From NCBI GenBank assembly GCA_963765495.1, contig CAVXWP010000008.1, forward strand, positions 480,001 to 544,000: DNA of 64,000 nucleotides, read 5' to 3'. The stretch is from Blastocatellia bacterium. Lineage in GTDB: Bacteria; Acidobacteriota; Blastocatellia; UBA7656. A program made the position numbers and the translations under genes. Positions 31,144 to 39,082 of this stretch are shown piece by piece. Every line of letters starts with the position of its first letter. The stretch's first letter is position 1. The notes below the pieces were generated by a model that saw only the letters and a program-made list of their open reading frames with translations, did not search any database and had not been told where the DNA came from.

Positions 31144-31395
31144 CAAAAAAACAATCCCGAGTGATTCCAGCATCCGTTTCCAAAACCTCAATGATTATGT
31201 TCAGTTGCCTTGCGACAACCGATCCGCCGAGATCCAAAGGACCTTGGCGCCTGAGATTCTTGCGAACCTCAATCACTTCATTCAGGCTTCAGACCATTGC
31301 CTGCGCACCTTGCGGATTGCCTGCTCCGATCTGAATTTGGAAACATCAAACTAAAACCTCTCGGGATCGTACCTGCTTGTTTCCAACCAGGCACG
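31144..31395 (-). ncRNA. Unidentified structured non-coding RNA, about 250 nt
   Basis: 5' GAAA-capped hairpin, long interrupted closing helix of about 30 bp rich in G-U pairs, multibranch head with GCAA tetraloop hairpins, 3' U7 tract, and its own promoter. Confidence 0.8.
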
Positions 31396-31399
31396 GAGG

Positions 31400-31427
31400 A
31401 TATTATCATAGATTGTCTTTTTGTCAA
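31400..31427 (-). promoter_or_regulatory. Sigma-70 promoter of the ncRNA
   Basis: TTGACA (31427-31422)-N16-TAATAT (31405-31400) with extended TGn. No credible protein gene downstream on this strand. Confidence 0.75.
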
Positions 31428-31470
31428 CGAAAAAATGCAGACATGAAAGAAAATTTTCATTAAAATTTTT

Positions 31471-31998
31471 ATGAGTGGAAAAAACGAGATCGGAAAAGTG
31501 TTAATACCCCAGGAAAGGCTCCAGGAGCGGATTTCAGAGCTAGGCGAAGAAATCTCCCGGCTTTACGAAGAGAAAAATGTAACCATCATCGCGATCCTGA
31601 AGGGATCGTTTATATTTGCAGCCGATCTGTTGCGCGCAATCACCTCGGATGTGACCATAGACTTCATGGCAATCTCAAGTTATGGGCAGTCGGGCAGTGG
31701 TGTTGTCAGGATAACTAAAGACCTTGAAGAAAGCATTGAAGGTCGACATGTCATCCTTGTCGAAGACATTATAGATACAGGGTTGACCGCCAGTTATCTG
31801 CTACGCATACTCAGGCAACGCAATCCAGCCACCCTGGAGATATGCGCTTTGCTTGATAAGTCGGCTCGCAGAATAATCGATTTACCAATTGCCTTCCGGG
31901 GGTTCGATATCCCTGACCTCTTCGTAGTAGGCTATGGAATGGATTTCCAGCAGAGATACAGGAACCTTCCATATATCGCCGCTCTCAAGCAAAGATAG
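31471..31998 (+). CDS. hpt: Hypoxanthine phosphoribosyltransferase
   Basis: ILKGSFIFAADL, SSYG, LVEDIIDTGLT, FVVGYGMD, YRNLPYI. Confidence 0.96.
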   Translation: MSGKNEIGKVLIPQERLQERISELGEEISRLYEEKNVTIIAILKGSFIFAADLLRAITSDVTIDFMAISSYGQSGSGVVRITKDLEESIEGRHVILVEDIIDTGLTASYLLRILRQRNPATLEICALLDKSARRIIDLPIAFRGFDIPDLFVVGYGMDFQQRYRNLPYIAALKQR

Positions 31999-32013
31999 CG
32001 GGCCGATCCTGTG

Positions 32014-33159
32014 TCACGCATTACCCTGAACGTCCAGCAAATAACAGGAATGGGTTTTTATTAGCATCCAGACGCTTTTACCTATTACAAGGTCGAGATC
32101 CTCGATTGCCTGAGGAGTGAGGCTTGCGGTCCAGATCACTCCGGTCGAAACAGAGACGAGAACTCGATTGGCGCGTTGCTCGATATCGCTTATGCGCCCG
32201 CTTATGACATTTCGCGCAGAAGTCTTTATTGATCCTTGAGTGGTGATCAAAATATCGCCGGATGCTACAGCGATCTTTACGTGAGAGCCTTCGGGCTCGT
32301 TTCCCAACGGGACATCCAATAAAGTTACCCCCTGAGAATCTCCGAGTTCCACGGTCATGAAACCTCCCGCCGGATTTCTCGCTATGACTCGACCATCAAA
32401 AATGTTCTCTACACCAGTAAGCCTGGCGATGCTTGTGGTGATAGGCCGCCCGAGGACATCAAGAGGCTCGCCGGTCGCAACGATATGGCCTTGATCAAAG
32501 AGGATGACTCGTTCTCCAAGCGTAACCGCCTCTTCCCTGCTATGCGTTACGTAGATGATTGGGATTCTGAGGTTACGGTTGATCTTTCTTAAATCGGCAA
32601 TGATCCCAAGTTTGGTGCCCTCATCGATTGCGGAGAGCGGCTCATCAAGAAGCAGTATCTTCGGGTTACAAACAAGCACACGCGCAAGGGCAACGCGTTG
32701 AGCCTCGCCACCGGAAATGTCTCGCGGTCTGCGGTAGGCAGTATGGTCGATGTGCAGAGCTTCCATCATCGCCATCGCACGCCGTGTTCTCTCTTTTTTA
32801 TTAATCGAATTCATCCCAAATTCTACGTTTTCAAGCGAGGTGAGATGTGGGAAGAGAGCAAGGTTTTGAAAAACAAAGCCTACGGCCCGGCTCTTGATAG
32901 GAAGATTTATACCGAGTTGGGAATCAAAGAGAGGATCGCCATTAATAGTTATCCGGCCCGAATCGGGTCTTATGATTCCCGCAATTGATTTCAGGGTTGA
33001 GGTTTTGCCTGACCCGGATTTTCCGAAGAGGATCAACACGTCTGATTTAGCCTCGAACTCAAGGTCCAGAATGAATTCCCGCGATAATGCGTCCCGTCGG
33101 GTTGCAGGATCATTCGGATTCGAAGCCGCAAATTTTTTCTTTATCTTTACAGAGAGCAT
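32014..33159 (-). CDS. modC: Molybdate ABC transporter ATP-binding protein
   Basis: GKSGSGKT, ISGGEAQR, LLLDEP, TOBE domain with TSARN. Confidence 0.9.
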   Translation of the reverse strand: MLSVKIKKKFAASNPNDPATRRDALSREFILDLEFEAKSDVLILFGKSGSGKTSTLKSIAGIIRPDSGRITINGDPLFDSQLGINLPIKSRAVGFVFQNLALFPHLTSLENVEFGMNSINKKERTRRAMAMMEALHIDHTAYRRPRDISGGEAQRVALARVLVCNPKILLLDEPLSAIDEGTKLGIIADLRKINRNLRIPIIYVTHSREEAVTLGERVILFDQGHIVATGEPLDVLGRPITTSIARLTGVENIFDGRVIARNPAGGFMTVELGDSQGVTLLDVPLGNEPEGSHVKIAVASGDILITTQGSIKTSARNVISGRISDIEQRANRVLVSVSTGVIWTASLTPQAIEDLDLVIGKSVWMLIKTHSCYLLDVQGNA

Positions 33160-33187
33160 TAAGACTCGATCTCGAACAAAAGTAGAT

Positions 33188-33880
33188 TTAAGATGATTCC
33201 CTCGAAGTAAGTATATTTGTCAAAAACATGAGAAAGAGTGCAACCGCAGAGAGAATAAGCACAAGCGTAAACGCATAATCTTCCCTCCCGGCCTGGGTTG
33301 CATCATAGATAGCGATAGCAGCGGTTTGCGTGCGACCCGGGATATTTCCCGCCAGCATTAGCGTAGCCCCAAAGTCTCCAAGAGCTCTCGCGAATGCGAG
33401 CATGGCAGCGGCGGCGATACCACGCGCAGAGAGCGGCATAGTCACCCGCCAGAATACCTGCCATTCAGATTGACCAAGCGTTCTCGCCGCGTCTTCAAGA
33501 ACCGGGTCAACCGATTGGATCGCGGCTCTTGCGGTCTTTACGACAAGAGGCAGCGACCCGATGATCGCAGCCACGACTGCCCCCTTCCAGGTAAAGGCTA
33601 TATGCTGCCCCGTCAGTCTTTCGATAACACGCCCCAACCAGCCCGAGCGACTCAGGAGCACAAGCAGGTAATAGCCAAGCACAGTGGGCGGGAGCACAAG
33701 AGGCAGGGTGACTATGGCATCAAGCAATTCGCGACCGGCAAACGACTTTCGAGCCAGAATCCAGCCAAGCCAGACTCCAACTGCCATGACTATGACCGTC
33801 GAGACCACCGCAACACGAAATGACAACAGCAAAGGAAACAAGTCTATTTGATTCATCGGATGTTGAAGATACCACTCCAA
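33188..33880 (-). CDS. modB: Molybdate ABC transporter permease
   Basis: LPLVLPPTVLGYYLL, EDAARTLG, FARALGDFGAT, GNIPGRTQT. Confidence 0.95.
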   Translation of the reverse strand: MEWYLQHPMNQIDLFPLLLSFRVAVVSTVIVMAVGVWLGWILARKSFAGRELLDAIVTLPLVLPPTVLGYYLLVLLSRSGWLGRVIERLTGQHIAFTWKGAVVAAIIGSLPLVVKTARAAIQSVDPVLEDAARTLGQSEWQVFWRVTMPLSARGIAAAAMLAFARALGDFGATLMLAGNIPGRTQTAAIAIYDATQAGREDYAFTLVLILSAVALFLMFLTNILTSRESS

Positions 33881-33997
33881 AGAATTCTCATCAATTGATC
33901 AACCGAAAGCCCGACGACAAATTCCTGAAATATACTTCGACCTTGTGAAAACAACGTCGCCTCTTTAGGATAAATAGGCTGGACCGAAAGGCAGACT

Positions 33998-35218
33998 ATG
34001 AAGATAGCCATTTTGACAAACGAATATCCTCCAAACATTTACGGGGGCGCTGGAGTCCATGTTGAATACCTGACCAGAGAACTTGCTGCGCTCGAAGGTT
34101 CGCGGCAGGAGTTGGAGGTTTTGTGTTTTGGTGACCAGAACGAGCATATTGAAAACATCGTCGTGAAAGGCATAAACCCGGGATTCGGACTCCCGGCTCA
34201 GGATACCAGACATAAAAAACTCTTCGATACTCTTTTGAGAGACATAATGATGGCAGGTACTGTCGGAAGCGTCGATATCGTCCACTGCCATACGTGGTAC
34301 AGCCACTTTGCAGGTTGCCTCGTTAAGCAACTTTACGGCTGCCCGCTCGTTTTGACTACTCACTCGCTCGAACCTCATCGCCCGTGGAAGACCGAGCAAC
34401 TCGGGTCTGCGTATAGGGCTAGCACCTGGCTTGAAAGGACGGCATACGAAAATGCCGACGGTGTTATCGCCGTATCATCTTCGATGAAAAGGGATGTTCA
34501 GGAACTTTACGGCGTTCAGCCGGATAAGATAAGAGTCATTTACAACGGTATAGACCTGAACCAGTACAGGCCAACACCGAATAACTCGATACTTGAAGAA
34601 TATCAGATCAACCCGAGTACACCCTTCATCCTTTTTGTAGGACGTATCACGCGCCAGAAGGGTATCATTCATCTGGTCAACGCGATCAAGTATCTGGCTC
34701 CTGGCATACAGGTCGTCCTGTGCGCGGGCGCACCCGACACCGAAGAGATTGGCAGAGAGATGGCCGACAAAGTAGCGCAGGCGCGAGGCGAAACCAGTAA
34801 TGAAATAATCTGGATTTCTGATATCGTTCCTAAAGACAAAATCATCAGCCTTTACACTCACGCATCCGTCTTTGTTTGCCCTTCGGTTTATGAACCCTTT
34901 GGAATTATCAACCTGGAAGCGATGGCCTGCGAGACTCCTGTTGTAGCTTCGGCTGTCGGGGGCATACCCGAAGTAGTCGTTGATGGGGAAACCGGAATAC
35001 TGGTTCATTTCGAGCAGGTTGGTCCAACCGATTTTGAGCCGCAGAACCCCGACAGGTTTTCGCGCGACCTGGCCTCGGCTGTCAATGAATTGCTTGGTTC
35101 GCCTGAAAGGATATCGGCGATGGGTCTGGCTTCAAGAAAGAGAGTTGAAGAGTATTTTAGCTGGACCAGCATAGCCCGCCAAACACTCCAATTTTATAGG
35201 GATATAACAGGGGCATAA
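33998..35218 (+). CDS. glgA: GT4 actinobacterial-type GlgA (GlgM-like alpha-maltose-1-phosphate synthase)
   Basis: EYPPNIYGGAGVHV, HTWY, HSLEPHRPWK.EQLG, VGRITRQKG, CAGAPDT, YEPFGIINLEAMAC. Confidence 0.88.
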   Translation: MKIAILTNEYPPNIYGGAGVHVEYLTRELAALEGSRQELEVLCFGDQNEHIENIVVKGINPGFGLPAQDTRHKKLFDTLLRDIMMAGTVGSVDIVHCHTWYSHFAGCLVKQLYGCPLVLTTHSLEPHRPWKTEQLGSAYRASTWLERTAYENADGVIAVSSSMKRDVQELYGVQPDKIRVIYNGIDLNQYRPTPNNSILEEYQINPSTPFILFVGRITRQKGIIHLVNAIKYLAPGIQVVLCAGAPDTEEIGREMADKVAQARGETSNEIIWISDIVPKDKIISLYTHASVFVCPSVYEPFGIINLEAMACETPVVASAVGGIPEVVVDGETGILVHFEQVGPTDFEPQNPDRFSRDLASAVNELLGSPERISAMGLASRKRVEEYFSWTSIARQTLQFYRDITGA

Positions 35219-35222
35219 CGGA

Positions 35223-35280
35223 ATTTCCAGTATCCGCCGATTTTGGGTCATCAAATCTCAAATCGGCGGATACTGGAAAT
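35223..35280. terminator. 21-bp perfect inverted repeat between convergent genes
   Basis: ATTTCCAGTATCCGCCGATTT (35223-43) / AAATCGGCGGATACTGGAAAT (35260-80). Confidence 0.75.
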
Positions 35281-35284
35281 CAGA

Positions 35285-36382
35285 TCATTCGAAGACTCCC
35301 TTTATAGACACTTCGGCCTGAGGCATTTCGGGATCATTTGTTTCGATCACGAGCTTCCCATCGAAGTTACCGCGCGACTTGATCATCGCCTTATCTATCG
35401 AGAGATCTATTTTGTAGGACTCTCCGTCCTTCTCCGTGACAACATTCCATTTAATGAAAGGCAGGGTCGAGGTAACGCTCTTTATCTTCAATCCGGTTTC
35501 ACGAAGCCTGCGAACGTGGATGGATGGGAGGTTCCCTACGTTATTCTCGCCTTCCATCGGCATCTTCGGCAAAATTATCGCGCCGGGCGACACAAATACG
35601 AGAGGGAGAATCTTTACCTCAAGCGGTATGTCCATCTCAGGTTGCGCCTTGTCATCGGTTATGATCTTAAGCGTCTGAGTGTGCTCGCCAGGTTTGAGCG
35701 AAGGGTTTGTAGAGATGTTCAATTCATATCGTTTCCCATCTTCGATAGGCTGAAAATCTACGTAAAAATTTGTCCCGCCGGCCTGAACATCCTTTACATG
35801 GACAGATTTCCCCTCGGCCGCTCGCAAGTACATCGTTATTCGCGTGCTGGTTCCGAACAGGGCTGCCGAGACCCATCGGTCATTCGGCCAGATGCTTAAA
35901 GGGCCAGATGGTTTCGCAGGCGGCAGCGGCGGCGCAGGCGCAGCCTTTACCGCGTTAGGCGAATCAGGTGGCTTCTCAAATTTGAAGTAGGCCCGCAGAA
36001 CCAGATTAAACTGCAAGTGATCGGGATCATTGGTAGTTACGCTGGCAGACTTAGCAACCTCTCCGTTGTAGCCCGCCGTATGCGCGATTGCAAGTGTGAT
36101 TTTTCCCTCCTGACCAGGAGCGACGACTCCATCAAAGTCGGTTGCCGTGCATCCTCAGCCAGGTTTGACTGCTTTTATTATCAGGTCCGCCTTCCCTTTA
36201 TTCTTTACTTTGAAAGAATAAGAGAGCGATGAACCACTCTTCACTTCCCCGAAGTCATGAGTAAGGGAATCAATTGAGAGCTTTGGCAAATCCTCGCCCT
36301 GTGACTCCTTCCCCCTCTCTTGCGCGACAGCGACGAGGGCAAATGAAAGCAGGAGAACCAGCGAGATAAACGTTCTCTTCAT
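35285..36382 (-). CDS. Secreted DUF1573-like Ig-fold protein with an in-frame UGA (probable selenocysteine, U-G-C motif), 365 aa
   Basis: ORFs 36155-36412 and 35285-36016 are in the same frame with no other stop between them: HDFGEV...FKVKNKGKADLIIKAVKPG*GCTATDFDGVVAPGQEGKI...KSASVTTNDP. Confidence 0.8.
36121..36147 (-). promoter_or_regulatory. Putative bacterial SECIS hairpin
   Basis: CGGC-AACC-GACUUU-GAU-GGAGUC-GUCG; the apical-loop G lies 22 nt after the UGA. Confidence 0.55.
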
Positions 36383-36542
36383 ATTTCGCACCCCATTAGA
36401 AATTGAATTCATAAGCGCCGAAAGTTTAACAGATCACCAAAAGGATGTCAGCAATCAATTGAATGAGAGTGACATTTTTTGAGGTGCCTCGACATACGGG
36501 CCTGATGCGGCGCGGCCAACTGATGTGGTATTGTTAGCTCCG

Positions 36543-37529
36543 ATGAGAGTTATTCCACTGGGAACAAGCTCAGGCAAGCCTACACTGAAGCGCAATGTCA
36601 GCGCGCTGGCGGTAGCTCGCGAAGGCGAGTGGCTTCTGTTTGACTGTGGAGAGGCCACACAGATGCAGATCGCAAGGGCCGGTCTGAGTCATTCTAAGCT
36701 TTCCGCTATCTTTATAACGCATCTGCACGGAGATCATTTCAACGGGCTGTCGGGTCTACTCTCTACAATGGGATTAGACAACAGGACACATCGCCTGACG
36801 CTTGTCGGGCCACGCGGCATCGGAGATTATCTGAATACCCTTTCGCGGCTGAAGATCCTCTATGTGAATTACCCGCTCGTCTTGAGGGAGTACGATCCCA
36901 GCGACTATACGAGAGATGAGAAGGTGCGACAACCAAGATCACGAAGAGATCCGAAACCAGTTGATAGTGAGCCCTCATCAGGGCCTATTTACGTTTATGA
37001 GGAATCTGATTACACAGTATCAGCGATGCCACTTGATCATCGCATTTTTGATCTCGGCTACAGGATCGAAGAGCGTCTGAAACCGGGCCGATTCAATCTT
37101 GAGCATGCTCGCGCTCTTGGTATACCCGAGGGGCCTTTGTTTGGACAACTGCAATCAGGTAAAGAGGTCCGGCTGGCAAACGGACGGCTCATCAAACCTG
37201 AACAGGTTCTGGGCGAACCCAGACCGGGAAAGTCAATCGCCTATTGCACCGACACACGCCCCTGTAAGGCATCCATCGAGCTTGCGCGGAATGCTGACCT
37301 GCTCATCCATGAAGCGACATTCGATCAGGCGATGACGGCAGAGGCCGATCAGTATGGTCACTCGACCGCAGCCCAGGCTGCGAGTATCGCCCGAGAGGCC
37401 GAGGCAAAGCGGCTTTTGATAACGCACTTCAGTACGCGATTCCCCGACCCCGCGCCTTTACTGGAAGAGGCCCGCGTCGTGTTCCCTGAAACAATTCTGG
37501 CGCAGGATTTAACAGAGGTAGTCGTGTAG
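36543..37529 (+). CDS. rnz: Ribonuclease Z
   Basis: LGTSSG, FDCGE, THLHGDH, GIPEGP exosite, TDTRP, HEATF, HST, THFS.RF. Confidence 0.95.
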   Translation: MRVIPLGTSSGKPTLKRNVSALAVAREGEWLLFDCGEATQMQIARAGLSHSKLSAIFITHLHGDHFNGLSGLLSTMGLDNRTHRLTLVGPRGIGDYLNTLSRLKILYVNYPLVLREYDPSDYTRDEKVRQPRSRRDPKPVDSEPSSGPIYVYEESDYTVSAMPLDHRIFDLGYRIEERLKPGRFNLEHARALGIPEGPLFGQLQSGKEVRLANGRLIKPEQVLGEPRPGKSIAYCTDTRPCKASIELARNADLLIHEATFDQAMTAEADQYGHSTAAQAASIAREAEAKRLLITHFSTRFPDPAPLLEEARVVFPETILAQDLTEVVV

Positions 37530-37574
37530 TCGCAAGGCAAGGAAAATCGTTTTTGCTCGATAATATCCATCAAA

Positions 37575-37952
37575 ATGATCATCGCTATTGGAATAGATAT
37601 AGTAGAAATTTCAAGGATCGAAGAGACCATGGCCCGTCAGGGGGAAAGGTTTCTGAAACGTGTTTTCACATTGTCTGAAAGGGGCTACTGTGACGGTCGC
37701 TCCTCGCGGATTGCCAGTTATGCAGCAAGGTTTGCGGCAAAAGAGGCTGTTATGAAAGCTCTGGGCACGGGTTGGGACAAGGGGATAAGCTGGCAGGATA
37801 TAGAAGTCATTCGCGGCGAAAGCGGTCCCCCCTCTATACATCTGGCTGGTCTTGCGCTTGAGCGTTTCCATTCAGTTGGGGGAAAAAGAATTCACCTCTC
37901 ACTCTCACATTCTCGGGACACGGCCATAGCGCAGGTCATCTTTGAAACCTGA
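37575..37952 (+). CDS. acpS: Holo-ACP synthase
   Basis: GIDIVE, ARFAAKEAVMKALGTG, HLSLSH. Confidence 0.96.
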   Translation: MIIAIGIDIVEISRIEETMARQGERFLKRVFTLSERGYCDGRSSRIASYAARFAAKEAVMKALGTGWDKGISWQDIEVIRGESGPPSIHLAGLALERFHSVGGKRIHLSLSHSRDTAIAQVIFET

Positions 37953-38068
37953 TCCCTTTCTTAAATTCACAGGGCAGACAAAATACGGAAAACTTGACCA
38001 TATTATGCTCTGTCGTTATTCTTCCAATCGGTCTGCCAGCTCACATCAGTCATTATTTTTGGTATGTA

Positions 38069-38953
38069 ATGAAGAGATCATACTCGACAACCGAGCTTGC
38101 GAAGATGTGGGATGTAAGCGAGTCCACGATAAAGCGGTGGGCAGATGCAGGAATGTTGAAATGCCGGAAGACGGTCGGAGGACACAGGAAGTTTGATCTT
38201 GAAGGGGTAAATGAATTCCAAGCGAAAACCGGATTGTTTCCCTGCAAATTCTCGATTGAGAATTGTCAGGAACATGTGGCCAGAGAGATTGCCCGCATAG
38301 AGTCCCTGATCGCGGTTTCCGATTTTTCCACGCTCAAAGATACATACCGTCAAGCCGCGCTCGGCGGGAGATGCGATCTCACATCGACGATGCTCAGGCT
38401 TGCGACTCAGCAAGGAATCTCTTTCATAGACATCATAGAGAAGATCATTCGTCCGGCGATGATGGAAATAGGAGAGATGTGGCGCGCTGGAAAGGTGCAG
38501 GTCTACGAGGAGCATCTGGCTACATTTGCGACTATCCAGGCGCTCTCCGAGCCTTCTGCAACACTCAGCGAAAATTCCGATCCCGATCAGATTGCGATTG
38601 TGGGATGCTCAGAGAGCGAAATTCATCAAATGGCTTCGCTGATCGTTGGGCGCGTTCTGGAGGAAGCGGGCTGGTCGGTGATAGACATGGGCCCACACAC
38701 TCCGCTCTTTTCGTTTGCAGATGCCATCAACAGGCTAAAGCCTGGTCTCGTCTGTATCTCGATTACAATGATAGATAATCTGGAACGAGCCGCCCGAGAT
38801 TATGATGTCCTTCGACGTGCCGCCTCGGCCAACAACACAAAGATAATTCTGGGTGGAAAAGCCTTGAGCGATGAGGGAGCGCGAACCAGATTCCAGGGAG
38901 CCGCCTACGCTACCGATCTATACGAACTGATGGAGATTTTACAAAAGCTTTAG
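38069..38953 (+). CDS. MerR-type HTH plus cobalamin-binding regulator (CarH/LitR-like)
   Basis: STIKRWAD...TVGGHRKF HTH, IGEMW.AG.V.VYEEH, EIHQMA, Rossmann B12-binding domain. Start ATG 38069. Confidence 0.85.
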   Translation: MKRSYSTTELAKMWDVSESTIKRWADAGMLKCRKTVGGHRKFDLEGVNEFQAKTGLFPCKFSIENCQEHVAREIARIESLIAVSDFSTLKDTYRQAALGGRCDLTSTMLRLATQQGISFIDIIEKIIRPAMMEIGEMWRAGKVQVYEEHLATFATIQALSEPSATLSENSDPDQIAIVGCSESEIHQMASLIVGRVLEEAGWSVIDMGPHTPLFSFADAINRLKPGLVCISITMIDNLERAARDYDVLRRAASANNTKIILGGKALSDEGARTRFQGAAYATDLYELMEILQKL

Positions 38954-38960
38954 CGGTCGA

Positions 38961-39071
38961 TGATGCGGTGGGTGATGCGTGATGCGTGATTTAACAGTCT
39001 TGCAAGTATTCTTTAACTGGTGACATCTCTAATAGTCACGCATCACGCATCACGCATCATCCACCGCATCA
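38961..39071. repeat. 30-bp inverted repeat built of TGATGCG heptamers
   Basis: 38961-38990 versus 39042-39071 with one G-T mismatch, between convergent genes. Confidence 0.85.
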
Positions 39072-39082
39072 CGTATCTTGAT

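Noticed and set aside
31144-31395. Identifying the structured RNA as long SRP RNA, 6S RNA, tmRNA or RNase P
   Set aside because: CAGG-CAAU-CC-GCAA-GG-UGC-GCAG only loosely resembles SRP helix 8 (CAGG-UCC-GGAA-GGA-AGCAG). There is no large central bubble, tRNA-like ends or GAGGAAAGUCC. Left unassigned pending cmscan.
31061-31460. Short ORFs 31115-31354, 31137-31334, 31061-31276 and 31278-31460
   Set aside because: No recognisable motifs or RBS; the region is better explained by RNA structure.
35285-36412. Two separate genes, or genome-wide UGA reassignment
   Set aside because: The domain runs continuously across the UGA, and many genes here (e.g. sppA, rnj, rsmA, acpS) terminate at TGA.
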